Positions 47,178 to 56,775 of a stretch of 64,000 bases of DNA are shown here, one piece after another. A program made the translations under genes and the position numbers. Under the pieces are notes generated by a model that was given only the letters and a program-made list of their open reading frames with translations, ran no database searches and had not been told where the DNA came from. The number at the start of each line of letters is the position of its first letter. The first letter of the stretch is position 1. The stretch lies in NCBI GenBank assembly GCA_002421905.1, contig DISK01000014.1, forward strand, positions 37,628 to 101,627, in the 5' to 3' direction. Origin of the DNA: Micavibrio sp. UBA6212 (GTDB lineage Bacteria > Pseudomonadota > Alphaproteobacteria > Micavibrionales > Micavibrionaceae).

Positions 47178-47516
47178 ATCGCATTGAGGGCATAAATCTC
47201 CTTTTGATCCGCCATGAGGCCCTCCACACACAGTGCATCTTACTATAGGACTTCTGGCTGAAACTTTCAGTTCTTCATTTATAGCCTTCTCAGTTTCACC
47301 CTTTGGATTTACTATCCCATCAACTTTAATTTTTCTATCTTTCTGAAATTTTTCAATTGCTGAGAACATTCTTTCGTCGGGAAACTCTGTTATCCCATAT
47401 TCGGGAGTATCATAATATCGGACAATATTTAGTGCTTTCTTCATATCCAGAACATCATTAAGATCTATACTTGCACTTCCTCTACGGATAGAATTCGACA
47501 AACTAATTGATTTCAT
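47166..47516 (-). CDS. Hypothetical protein with peptidoglycan-binding-like motif and C-terminal zinc ribbon (116 aa)
   Basis: AIEKFQKDRKIKVDGIVNPKGET resembles the PG_binding_1 core. CTVCG-x11-CPQC. Its 3' end overlaps the convergent ORF by 12 nt. Confidence 0.45.
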   Translation of the reverse strand: MKSISLSNSIRRGSASIDLNDVLDMKKALNIVRYYDTPEYGITEFPDERMFSAIEKFQKDRKIKVDGIVNPKGETEKAINEELKVSARSPIVRCTVCGGPHGGSKGDLCPQCDSKM

Positions 47517-47634
47517 ATAAAAGTCTCCTTAAAAATAAAGGCTCCCCGCGAGGGAAGCCGTGTCAAGTTTTGGTTACAAATTTACTTTTGCTGTTTTTAA
47601 TAATAAGAATTATTTCCTATTTGTCAAGAAGAAA

Positions 47635-48774
47635 ATGCTTATTAAAACCATCTCCATTCTCGGTTCAACAGGTTCCATCGGCACCAGCACGATTGATTTG
47701 ATTGCACCCAATCCTGACCAGTTCAAAGTCTGCGCCCTGACCGCCGGAAAAAATGCCGATCTGTTGATTGAGCAAGCCCTGAAACTTGCTCCCGAATTTG
47801 TGGCCATTCAAGACGAAACCCAATTTGAAAAAGTTAAATCCGCCCTCGCTGGCACACAGACAAAAGTCGGCGCAGGCCGCACCGCCATTCTCGAAGCTGC
47901 GTCCATGGAAACTGATTTATGTATGGCGGCCATTGTCGGCATTGCGGGACTGGAACCTGTTCTTAAAGCCATCCCCAACACCAAAGCTCTGACCATTGCC
48001 AACAAAGAACCTTTGGTGGCAGCGGGCGAGCTGGTCTTATCCGAAGCCAAAAAGCACAATACAAAAATCCTCCCTGTGGACAGCGAACATAACGCCATTT
48101 TTCAAGTCTTTGAAAAGGCCAACCGCGCCCAGATTAAAAAGATTATCCTGACCGCATCTGGTGGCCCGTTCCGCACATGGACAAAAGACCAAATGGCAAC
48201 AGCCACACCAGAACAAGCCATAGCGCACCCAAACTGGACAATGGGCGCGAAAATTTCGGTCGATAGCGCCAGCATGATGAACAAAGCTCTGGAAGTTATC
48301 GAGGCTCATTACTTATTTGATATGCCCGCAAACCAAATAGATGTCTTGATCCACCCGCAATCTATCATTCATTCGATGGTCGAATATCTGGACGGATCAG
48401 TTCTGGCACAACTCGGCGCACCTGATATGCGTACGCCCATTGCCTACGCACTCGCCTACCCTGACCGCATGGCGACAACAGGCAAAACTCTGGATTGGAA
48501 AAATCTTTCAAAACTGGAATTCGAACAACCGGACACCGACCAATTCCCGTCAATTAAACTGGCTTACGATGCCCTTGCTGCCGGACAATCCGCATGCATC
48601 GGCATGAACGCCGCCAATGAAATCGCTGTCAAAAAATTCCTGAAAAGGGAAATCACCTTTGGCGAGATTATGCCTTTGGTCAAAAGAGGGCTGACATTTG
48701 CCACCGGAAAATCTGTCTCAACGCTGGAAGACATTATTGCCCTCGACCGTGAAACCAGACGTTCCCTCGCATAA
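47635..48774 (+). CDS. dxr: 1-deoxy-D-xylulose 5-phosphate reductoisomerase
   Basis: ISILGSTGSIGTST, LPVDSEHNAIFQ, NKALEVIEA. Confidence 0.95.
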   Translation: MLIKTISILGSTGSIGTSTIDLIAPNPDQFKVCALTAGKNADLLIEQALKLAPEFVAIQDETQFEKVKSALAGTQTKVGAGRTAILEAASMETDLCMAAIVGIAGLEPVLKAIPNTKALTIANKEPLVAAGELVLSEAKKHNTKILPVDSEHNAIFQVFEKANRAQIKKIILTASGGPFRTWTKDQMATATPEQAIAHPNWTMGAKISVDSASMMNKALEVIEAHYLFDMPANQIDVLIHPQSIIHSMVEYLDGSVLAQLGAPDMRTPIAYALAYPDRMATTGKTLDWKNLSKLEFEQPDTDQFPSIKLAYDALAAGQSACIGMNAANEIAVKKFLKREITFGEIMPLVKRGLTFATGKSVSTLEDIIALDRETRRSLA

Positions 48775-48783
48775 ATGATCTTG

Positions 48784-50064
48784 CTATTTTAACTTCAAGT
48801 TCCGCAGGACGGCAAAAGGATTATCATGATCCGCGGCTTCGGCAGAAAAAACTCGAGGTTCATTGCGGAACTCTTTCTTGTCTTTCTTTCGATCATCAAA
48901 TTTCTTTTTCTTGAAATTTTTATGGTCGCCCTCATCTGATTTTTTAGCACCCTTGGCAGCATAACGTTCTTTCGGGAAAGATGGCTTATCCGCGTGTTCA
49001 GGTCGCGGCGACCGTTCAAACCGTGGACGACGTTCGGCTGCCTCAGAATGGATTTTACCACGACGCAGGAAAAAGAAATCCAACTCCGGCTTTTTCTGAG
49101 GCTCTTTTTTCTCTTTTACTTCTACTTTTACGTCTTCTGGCGCGGCTGCTTCTGGAGCTTCTGGAACTTCTGCAGGTTTTTCTTCAACCACACTCTCGAC
49201 AACAGCAACAGACTCAACTGCCGAAGGAACATCATTGGCATTGGCAATCTCAGCAATTTCAGCAACAGGTTCCACAACTGGCGGCGCTTCAATCCGTTTA
49301 TGACCCATAGAATCCAGAATGGCATAAAGATCGACAATCGGACATCCCATCCATTCTGCCATAGAATGTTGGGCTTGAAACTTGCCACCCTTGGCACCGT
49401 CATAAACTGCATTAATCACACGATCCAGCATATCAATCCGGATCACGCGTGGCCCATAAAGCGGATAACCAATCGCACGGTAAAAATCAGGGTTGGCCGT
49501 TGTGACATCGACCACAACCGACATCGCACCGTCTTTTGGTACGGGCGCAGGCAATGGCTGATCGTGGTACAAGCTCCACAACAACCCACGCAAGCGAACA
49601 GCTGCTGGCTTATTGAGATCAGGTAAAAAGATCAACAAGGGCCCAAGACGAACCTTTTTATCGCGCAACATTTTGCGCATCTCAGGATCAAGCAAAGCGA
49701 TCTGGTCTTCGACATCGCCACGCGGGACAATTCCGGTACCAGAGAATAATTTCAAGGAAATGTTACGAACAGGTTCCGGAACAGACTCTGCCATGGCCTC
49801 ATCTGACACCAAAGCAAATAGAGGTTCCAGAACAGTATAGATATGGGCCTTCAACCAGGTGGCCACATGAGCCTGCACAGCATTCGGGTCTTCACTTCCC
49901 AGATCACGCCCCGCAAGAATCTCCACCTCTGGAGCCAGTAAGCTCTCTCCCTTTTTTACAAAAGCCAGAGCCGCTCCCGGCAAGGGGTTTGTGGAATCCG
50001 GCTGGAAGAAAATTTGCCCGTCATCAGCGAGGGTAAATTGTTTAGAGATAGCAGACAAAATCAT
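48784..50064 (-). CDS. Hypothetical protein (about 426 aa) with highly basic Lys-rich C-terminal tail
   Basis: Long ORF. C-terminal ...KKSDEGDHKNFKKKKFDDRKKDKKEFRNE. No motif I can name with confidence. Confidence 0.55.
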   Translation of the reverse strand: MILSAISKQFTLADDGQIFFQPDSTNPLPGAALAFVKKGESLLAPEVEILAGRDLGSEDPNAVQAHVATWLKAHIYTVLEPLFALVSDEAMAESVPEPVRNISLKLFSGTGIVPRGDVEDQIALLDPEMRKMLRDKKVRLGPLLIFLPDLNKPAAVRLRGLLWSLYHDQPLPAPVPKDGAMSVVVDVTTANPDFYRAIGYPLYGPRVIRIDMLDRVINAVYDGAKGGKFQAQHSMAEWMGCPIVDLYAILDSMGHKRIEAPPVVEPVAEIAEIANANDVPSAVESVAVVESVVEEKPAEVPEAPEAAAPEDVKVEVKEKKEPQKKPELDFFFLRRGKIHSEAAERRPRFERSPRPEHADKPSFPKERYAAKGAKKSDEGDHKNFKKKKFDDRKKDKKEFRNEPRVFSAEAADHDNPFAVLRNLKLK

Positions 50065-50254
50065 GGTTGAAATACACACCCTGAAAAATTGGAAACAAGG
50101 GAAACTTATAGCCCCAAACAGCCTTCAATCCAAGCAAAAAGGCATAAAATGGAAAATATTTTTGTATTGGGACACAGCCAGAAAAAACTGCTAAACTGCC
50201 CCACGCAATATATCAAAACTTCAGGCGAAACACCGATCAAGTACAGGAAAAACC

Positions 50255-51772
50255 ATGAAACACATCCCGCGCACACTGCTTTTAACCATGCCGACCGCCC
50301 TGCTGCTTATGTCCACCACGGCCTCTTATGCTGCTATTGACGCCCAAGGCGCTGCAGAACTTAACTCATTGATAAGCAACTATATTCAAGAACAACAAAA
50401 GATCACAGCCGCCACAGGCGCCACTCTGGTGGCTAACGGAGAAACCACCGTCACCCCCCAAGGCACTTATTATTCTGTCGTTTTACCACATCTGATAACC
50501 CGTTATCCGGGGGATGTTGCATCCTATGACATGGGAAAAATTGCGATCAACGCTATGCCGGGCAACACAGATGATGAATGGAAAGTATCTTTCTCGCTGC
50601 CCAGAACTGTTTCTGTAAACACCCCAAAAGACGGTAAAGTTGATTTCCATTTTGGCCAACAAAAAGCGTCAGGCATCTGGAACAGCAAGCTGAACTATAT
50701 GTTCCAGATCAATGCCGAATATAAAAATGTCACTATTGAAAAGACCATGCCAGACACACCTGAACCTCAGACACCTCTGGTCACAATCGGCACAATAAAT
50801 ATCAAACAAAACCTTCGGGAAGATGCACTGAACAGCCAGACATGGTCTGGCCCTGCCGACTTCTCTGCTCAGAATATTCAGACTGACAAGCTATCGATTG
50901 GCGAGGTATCCGCCAATTATATAATCAAAAACATTGATTACACAGTCATGACCAAAATGCGGAATGAATTGAAATCAATGGGAGAGAACAGTCAAAGCCT
51001 GAGTGATCTTCAGAACGACCCGACAGCCGCCCTTAATATGTTTGATGTAATGGCCAAGATGTTTGAGACCCCTATGGGAGAGTTCACATCCGAATTCACC
51101 CTGAAGGACTTGAAAGCAACTGGCTATATGAATGCTCCTCAAACATCGGGTGATGAAGTAACATTGAAATCTGCACATTTTGGTCTGGATATGAATTTAT
51201 CCAATCCCCAAAAAGCCTCAATGGTCTTTCGTCTTGGCCTCAACGGGCTGGATGCCCCCTTTGAAGATAAAAAGGATGTCACCCCGAAAAATGCTGAGCT
51301 AGAAATCAAGGTAGACTCCCTGCCTCTGACAGAACTCGTAAAAACAACCCGTCAAATTGCAGGAGTAGAGATGCAAGGGGCAACTCCGGACGCCACACCG
51401 GTTAAACCCTATCCACAAATTCTGGCCGAAGCCCAAACCAGCTTTTCAAACAAGGTCGATATCAACACCGATATCCTCAATGTTCATGGACAAGGCGCGG
51501 CTCAAGCCTCCGGACAGAGCATGATTGGCCTGACCACCGATCAGAATTGGGAGATCAAAGGACTGGATGCGTTGCTTGAAAAACTGAAAGCTGACCAGAA
51601 AAATCCGAAGATTAGTCAACAGATCGCCCAGAAACTTGCAATTTTACAACTCATGGGGCAAATGTCACCTGATAAGCCAGACACAAGAACCTATCATCTG
51701 GTTGTTGATGGCCAAGGACAGATGACCATGAACGGGGCAGACCTGATGTCCATGATGGGAAATATGAAATAA
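50255..51772 (+). CDS. Secreted hypothetical protein (505 aa; possibly DUF2125-like)
   Basis: Signal peptide MKHIPRTLLLTMPTALLLMSTTASYA|A. The family assignment is a weak recollection only. Confidence 0.55.
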   Translation: MKHIPRTLLLTMPTALLLMSTTASYAAIDAQGAAELNSLISNYIQEQQKITAATGATLVANGETTVTPQGTYYSVVLPHLITRYPGDVASYDMGKIAINAMPGNTDDEWKVSFSLPRTVSVNTPKDGKVDFHFGQQKASGIWNSKLNYMFQINAEYKNVTIEKTMPDTPEPQTPLVTIGTINIKQNLREDALNSQTWSGPADFSAQNIQTDKLSIGEVSANYIIKNIDYTVMTKMRNELKSMGENSQSLSDLQNDPTAALNMFDVMAKMFETPMGEFTSEFTLKDLKATGYMNAPQTSGDEVTLKSAHFGLDMNLSNPQKASMVFRLGLNGLDAPFEDKKDVTPKNAELEIKVDSLPLTELVKTTRQIAGVEMQGATPDATPVKPYPQILAEAQTSFSNKVDINTDILNVHGQGAAQASGQSMIGLTTDQNWEIKGLDALLEKLKADQKNPKISQQIAQKLAILQLMGQMSPDKPDTRTYHLVVDGQGQMTMNGADLMSMMGNMK

Positions 51773-51778
51773 CAAGAA

Positions 51779-52948
51779 TTATGATCTGGTAATCAAGTAC
51801 CCCAGAACAGAATTAAGACATTTGAATCCCTGCGGCGTTGTTCGCAGGGATTTTTTATCATCCTCAAGAATTCCACCTGCAATCAGATGGTTGACAGCCT
51901 CCATATCCAGAAAACCAGAATACTCGCCGCCCGCTGCGGCTGATAACCGCTCAAATGGAACCCCCTCGCGCAGTCGTAATCCCATCATCAGACATTCTTG
52001 AAAACGAGATTCTGAACCGACTGTTTCAAAATCATGTGATCCATGTCCGGACTCTGTGACACGATTTAGCCAGATTTCCGGAGCCCGATGATCGCGCGTC
52101 GCAATTTTTTCTCCATTCAAGGTCACACGCCCATGCGCACCGGGGCCAATCCCCAGATAATCTCCATATCTCCAATATATCAGATTATGACGGGACTCCT
52201 GCCCCACACGCGCATGATTGGAAACTTCATACGCAGGATATCCGGCACTCTCCAAAACATCTTGCGTGACATCATATAAATCTGCGGCCAGATCCTGTTC
52301 GGGAATGACAAATTCGCGGCGTGCATGACGCGTATAAAACGGTGTGCCCTGCTCGATTGTCAACTGGTACAACGACAAATGCCCAACCGAAGACCCCGCA
52401 GTTTCGGCAATAGACAATGCCTCGCTCAGCTCATCACTCCACGCGGAGACAGTTTGATTGGGACGCGCATAAATCAAATCAAAAGAAATCCGGTCAAAAA
52501 TTTGTGCGGCCTGCGTAATCGCAAAACGGGCCTGATTGGAATCATGTTCCCGCCCCAGAAATTTCAAATCATCCGCATTGAAAGACTGAACACCAATGGA
52601 CACGCGATTAACTCCCGCCGCACGAAAGGACTCGAATTTCGAAACTTCGAAAGATGTCGGGTTTGCTTCCAACGTCACTTCCCAATCAGGGGCAACCGTC
52701 CAGTGACAACGGATAAAATCAAGAATGACCTTCACCGTCTCTGGTTCCATCAAAGACGGCGTACCACCCCCAAAGAAAACCGTATCCACCACACGGTCAG
52801 ACGTTTGGCGATACCAATATTCAAGTGATTTCAAATAGGCATCCCGCCATTGCTGGTGATTGATTGTGGACTGCACATGGGAATTAAAATCGCAATAAGG
52901 ACATTTTGATTTGCAAAAAGGCCAGTGAATGTAAATGCCGAACGACAT
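51779..52948 (-). CDS. hemW: Radical SAM heme chaperone HemW (oxygen-independent coproporphyrinogen oxidase-like)
   Basis: IYIHWPFCKSKCPYCDF (CxxxCxxC), FFGGGTPS. Confidence 0.9.
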   Translation of the reverse strand: MSFGIYIHWPFCKSKCPYCDFNSHVQSTINHQQWRDAYLKSLEYWYRQTSDRVVDTVFFGGGTPSLMEPETVKVILDFIRCHWTVAPDWEVTLEANPTSFEVSKFESFRAAGVNRVSIGVQSFNADDLKFLGREHDSNQARFAITQAAQIFDRISFDLIYARPNQTVSAWSDELSEALSIAETAGSSVGHLSLYQLTIEQGTPFYTRHARREFVIPEQDLAADLYDVTQDVLESAGYPAYEVSNHARVGQESRHNLIYWRYGDYLGIGPGAHGRVTLNGEKIATRDHRAPEIWLNRVTESGHGSHDFETVGSESRFQECLMMGLRLREGVPFERLSAAAGGEYSGFLDMEAVNHLIAGGILEDDKKSLRTTPQGFKCLNSVLGYLITRS

Positions 52949-52954
52949 ACAATA

Positions 52955-53539
52955 TCACGATCCGAAAATATTTTTGAATTCTGCAAATGCCTTGGCACGG
53001 TGGGAATATGATTTCTTTTCTTCCATATTCATCTCACCAAATGTCCGGCTGTCTCCATCGGGCACAAAGATCGGGTCATACCCGAACCCACCTTCTCCCC
53101 GCGCTGGCCAGACAAGATTCCCCGTACAACGCCCTTCGAAAATTTGTTCAGTTCCATCGGGCAGTACAAATGCAAAAACAGAAATGAAATATGCCGAACG
53201 ATCATCCGCCCCACCCATTTTATCCTGAACCATCTGCATCGCCCGATCAAAATCCTTTTCCGGCCCCGCCCAATCAGCCGAATAAACACCCGGATCACCA
53301 TTCAGCGCATTAACGCAAAGACCGCTATCATCTGCCAATGCCGGAAGTCCGGTCTGAGCGCAAACATATCGCGCCTTAATCAGAGCGTTACCGATAAAGT
53401 TATCTTCGGTTTCTTCCGGTGCTTCCAGCCCGAAATCAGCCGCCGAAACAACCTCCACACCAAAGGGTGACAGCATATCCGACATCTCGGCCACTTTGCC
53501 TTTGTTATGCGTTGCCAAAACCAGTTTTTCGATTTTCAT
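52955..53539 (-). CDS. rdgB: dITP/XTP pyrophosphatase (Ham1 family)
   Basis: LATHNKGKV.E...L, ETEDNF..NALIKA, DDSGL.V.AL.G.PG.YSA, FGYDPIF. Confidence 0.92.
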   Translation of the reverse strand: MKIEKLVLATHNKGKVAEMSDMLSPFGVEVVSAADFGLEAPEETEDNFIGNALIKARYVCAQTGLPALADDSGLCVNALNGDPGVYSADWAGPEKDFDRAMQMVQDKMGGADDRSAYFISVFAFVLPDGTEQIFEGRCTGNLVWPARGEGGFGYDPIFVPDGDSRTFGEMNMEEKKSYSHRAKAFAEFKNIFGS

Positions 53540-53543
53540 GATA

Positions 53544-54302
53544 TTATTCTTTTGAACTCAGAACATGATTTTGCGCCATTGCCAGATCCTTGCATCCTTT
53601 TTTGGCCAAGGCCAACAACTCAAGAAGCTGCGCTTCGGTAAAGGGTTCTTTTTCGGCAGTGCCTTGAATCTCGACAATCCCACCACGCCCAGTCATGACA
53701 AAATTGGCATCGGTTTCGGCGTTGGAATCTTCAGCATAATCAAGATCAAGAACGGCTTGCCCTTTATAAATCCCGACCGAAATGGCCGCAATACTGTCAT
53801 GCAACGGCATAACCTGTAAAAGACCCAAGCTCATCAAATATTCAAACGCCTTATACAATGCCACATAACTTCCGGTAATCGCCGCAGTCCGTGTACCACC
53901 ATCAGCCTGAATGACGTCACAATCAAGACGGATTTGACGTTCGCCCATTCTCTCGAAATCAACAACGGCACGCAATGCCCGACCGATCAAACGCTGGATT
54001 TCCTGCGTGCGTCCGGTTTGCTTCCCGCGTGCAGCCTCGCGGTCAGTCCGTTTATCAGTGGCACGGGGCAACATGCCATATTCTGCGGTAACCCATCCCC
54101 TGCCTGAATTTTTCATCCAGCCCGGAACACCCTCTTCAACTGTTGCGGTACACAAAACATGCGTATCACCAAATTTAACCAGACAAGACCCTTCGGCATG
54201 TTTGGACACATCAAAAATGATTTCAACCTTGCGAAGTTCGTCTGGCACTCGACCTGATGGACGTCCGGAAGAGGATAAAGAGGCGTGGGAAGGATGGGTC
54301 AT
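53544..54302 (-). CDS. rph: Ribonuclease PH
   Basis: [50 protein letters not shown]. Start moved to the ATG at 54302. Confidence 0.94.
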   Translation of the reverse strand: MTHPSHASLSSSGRPSGRVPDELRKVEIIFDVSKHAEGSCLVKFGDTHVLCTATVEEGVPGWMKNSGRGWVTAEYGMLPRATDKRTDREAARGKQTGRTQEIQRLIGRALRAVVDFERMGERQIRLDCDVIQADGGTRTAAITGSYVALYKAFEYLMSLGLLQVMPLHDSIAAISVGIYKGQAVLDLDYAEDSNAETDANFVMTGRGGIVEIQGTAEKEPFTEAQLLELLALAKKGCKDLAMAQNHVLSSKE

Positions 54303-54410
54303 AAAATATGCCTTTGCTTGATAATCTGGGGTTTTACAAGTGAATTCTCCCCGCATAGAAACGGTTGCCGCCCCAAATGTCAAACCTGAAATGGGGCAAA
54401 AAATGGAATT

Positions 54411-54602
54411 TTAGTGATAATAGCGAACCCAGAAGACAAACATCCCCGATGAAAGGGAAAATATCAGACCATAATAGGACGGCAAGTGAGGAGAATCGTC
54501 TGCCGCAAGCTTCAATCCAACCAGAAAGGCAAAGCCCCCGATCAAACTCCAGAAATCATCTGGGCTCAAATCCACCGGAGAGTAATTAAAGAGATCTCCC
54601 AT
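54411..54602 (-). CDS. Possible small two-TM membrane protein (63 aa)
   Basis: Two hydrophobic segments. GAAAGG RBS 6 nt upstream of the ATG. Confidence 0.3.
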   Translation of the reverse strand: MGDLFNYSPVDLSPDDFWSLIGGFAFLVGLKLAADDSPHLPSYYGLIFSLSSGMFVFWVRYYH

Positions 54603-54701
54603 CACACACCTTTCCCGATTATATTATTATAGGCCCTCCCGCTTTAACGAATATCTAAAGATATTTTGGATTTTAATCGCATTTTGTGTACACATAGACG
54701 T

Positions 54702-55739
54702 ATGGATGAACGGACATTACATATTTTCAAATTGATTGTTGAAGAATATCTGAAAAAGGGAACCCCTGTCGGATCAGAAACAATAAGGCAAGCCGGCATT
54801 GACCTTTCACCTGCATCTATACGGAATGTCATGGCGCGGCTTGAGGACGAAGACTATCTGTATTCTCCCCATACTTCTGCGGGTCGCCAGCCCACCGAAA
54901 GAGGATTGCGTTTTTTTGTCGATCGCCTGATGGTTGTCAACACACTTAAACCCTCCGAACAAAAAGATATCAGGTCTAGAATATCTGATCCCGAACAGAC
55001 ACTTATCCCGCTTTATGAACGTGCCAGTACAGCTCTTTCGGGACTGTCTTCCTGTATTGGACTGGTTATAGCCCCCAAAACAGATCGCCCTGTCCAGCAG
55101 ATACAATGCCTGGAACTGGAACAAAACAAAATCCTCGCCATTATCATGATGCAAGATGGCACGATCGAAAATCGGGTGACAAAACTTGAAAACCACATCA
55201 ATAAATCTGATCTGGAAAAATTAACCAACTATCTGAATGAACATATTGCCGGTCGTACCCTTTCGGAGTTTCATGCGGCACTCCATAAATCGGCGAAAGA
55301 GAATCAGGATCGCATTCAGGATCTGGCTAGAACATTATTGGATAAGAACATCCTCCCTTCCATGGAACTGGATTTGGAAGGCCATATTTTTATCCAAGGG
55401 AAATCCCGTCTGTTTGAAGACCATCAGGCGCAAAGAAAAATAGATGAAATCAGAGACTTGCTGAAATTTCTTGAAGAGAAGAAGGAAGTTTTGGGGATCA
55501 TGTCCGCCCTTCAGGAAAGTGAGGGCGTCCGCATCTTTATAGGAAATGAAAACCCGATCCTTCAACAGCCGACATGGTCAACTGTCATAAAAGGTTACCA
55601 TGACCAGAACGGGCGCGTTATTGGAGCCACCGGCATTATCGGCCCAACCCGACTGAATTACAGCCAAATTGTTCCAATTGTTGATTACACAACATTAATC
55701 ATGGAAAAAATGATTAATCTGGGCCCCCTCACTCCATGA
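54702..55739 (+). CDS. hrcA: Heat-inducible transcription repressor HrcA
   Basis: MDERTLHIFKLIVEEYLKKGTPVGSETI...SPASIRNVMA.LE. Followed by grpE. Confidence 0.92.
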   Translation: MDERTLHIFKLIVEEYLKKGTPVGSETIRQAGIDLSPASIRNVMARLEDEDYLYSPHTSAGRQPTERGLRFFVDRLMVVNTLKPSEQKDIRSRISDPEQTLIPLYERASTALSGLSSCIGLVIAPKTDRPVQQIQCLELEQNKILAIIMMQDGTIENRVTKLENHINKSDLEKLTNYLNEHIAGRTLSEFHAALHKSAKENQDRIQDLARTLLDKNILPSMELDLEGHIFIQGKSRLFEDHQAQRKIDEIRDLLKFLEEKKEVLGIMSALQESEGVRIFIGNENPILQQPTWSTVIKGYHDQNGRVIGATGIIGPTRLNYSQIVPIVDYTTLIMEKMINLGPLTP

Positions 55740-55749
55740 CTTCTTCGAT

Positions 55750-55779
55750 CTTGAAGCTTTCTCACATTCATCTTATATA
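55750..55779 (+). promoter_or_regulatory. Sigma-32 (RpoH)-type promoter candidate upstream of grpE
   Basis: CTTGAA-16 nt-CTTATATA fits the alphaproteobacterial RpoH consensus CTTG-N17/18-CYTATNT as I remember it. Confidence 0.5.
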
Positions 55780-55900
55780 CCCTGTATATAGTTTGTGAGT
55801 GATATAGGAGCGAGTCTTGATTTTTTGACATATGTTGCATATCCTCGCGCAAACATTCAAAGAAACACCAAATATTCACCAAAATAGTAAATTGACAATA

Positions 55901-56551
55901 ATGACCCCAGAAGACACCACGCCGCCAAAACCAGTTGATACTGAAATTCCTGAAGGTTTTACAGACCTCACAGGCCCTGCTGCGTTCAAGGCACAGACCA
56001 AACAAGCCCAGAACGCTCAAGAGCAATCGGGCGATCAGGATAACAGCCATGCCGAAGCGGTTGTAAAACTCGAAGCAGCGCTAGCAGAATCGAGAGACCA
56101 GCTTATTCGCACCGTAGCCGATATGGATAACTTACGTAAAAGATCCATCCGTGAACGCGAAGATGCCATGAAATACTCTATTTCAGGATTTGCCCGCGAT
56201 CTGCTTGATGTTGCAGATACGTTCAAACGCGCTCTGGACGCGATTCCTCAAGACCTTCGTTCCGAAGAACGGATTAGCCCGTTGATTGAAGGCATTCAGG
56301 CCATGGAACGCGTATTATTGACCTGTTTCGAGAAAAATGGAATCCGTAAAATCGAGCCTCTTGATGAGCCCTTCAATCCGAACTTTCACGAAGTTATGTT
56401 CGAGACCCCGATACCAGAAAAACCAACCGGAACAATTATCCAGATTATCGAGCCCGGCTACCTTCTGCATGACAGATTGTTAAGACCTGCGCGCGTTGGC
56501 GTTTCAAAATCCGAAACACCTTCCCCCCATGGCGTGGACACCCAAGCCTGA
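55901..56551 (+). CDS. grpE: Nucleotide exchange factor GrpE
   Basis: DQLIRTVADMDNLRKR..RE, FNPNFHEVM, V...GY.L.DRLLRPA.V.V. Confidence 0.92.
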   Translation: MTPEDTTPPKPVDTEIPEGFTDLTGPAAFKAQTKQAQNAQEQSGDQDNSHAEAVVKLEAALAESRDQLIRTVADMDNLRKRSIREREDAMKYSISGFARDLLDVADTFKRALDAIPQDLRSEERISPLIEGIQAMERVLLTCFEKNGIRKIEPLDEPFNPNFHEVMFETPIPEKPTGTIIQIIEPGYLLHDRLLRPARVGVSKSETPSPHGVDTQA

Positions 56552-56603
56552 TAAGTGCAAAATTACGGAAAAAGTGGTCCGAAATAAAGCAATAAAGCGA
56601 AAT

Positions 56604-56640
56604 ATGCTGTGCATAAACGCAGCATCGTTTATATATATTT
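56604..56640 (+). terminator. Possible terminator after grpE
   Basis: ATGCTGTG...GCAGCAT hairpin followed by a T/A-rich tract. Confidence 0.35.
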
Positions 56641-56775
56641 CATGTTTTATTTCTCTCTCACTATAATCAAAAATAGAATAGATTCGTAACTGCGTCTTCA
56701 AAGCGAGGGTTTTTGCCCACAAACGATTAAGCAAGATTGTTGCATAACTCAAGATAGATATATTGTACAGACATT

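Noticed and set aside
48994-49626. 210-aa plus-strand ORF.
   Set aside because: Antisense to the longer 48784-50064 ORF. Its product is dominated by F/R/N/H runs that mirror the Lys/Glu-rich tail of the opposite strand.
54303-54701. Search for a CIRCE operator upstream of hrcA.
   Set aside because: No inverted repeat resembling TTAGCACTC-N9-GAGTGCTAA was seen by eye.
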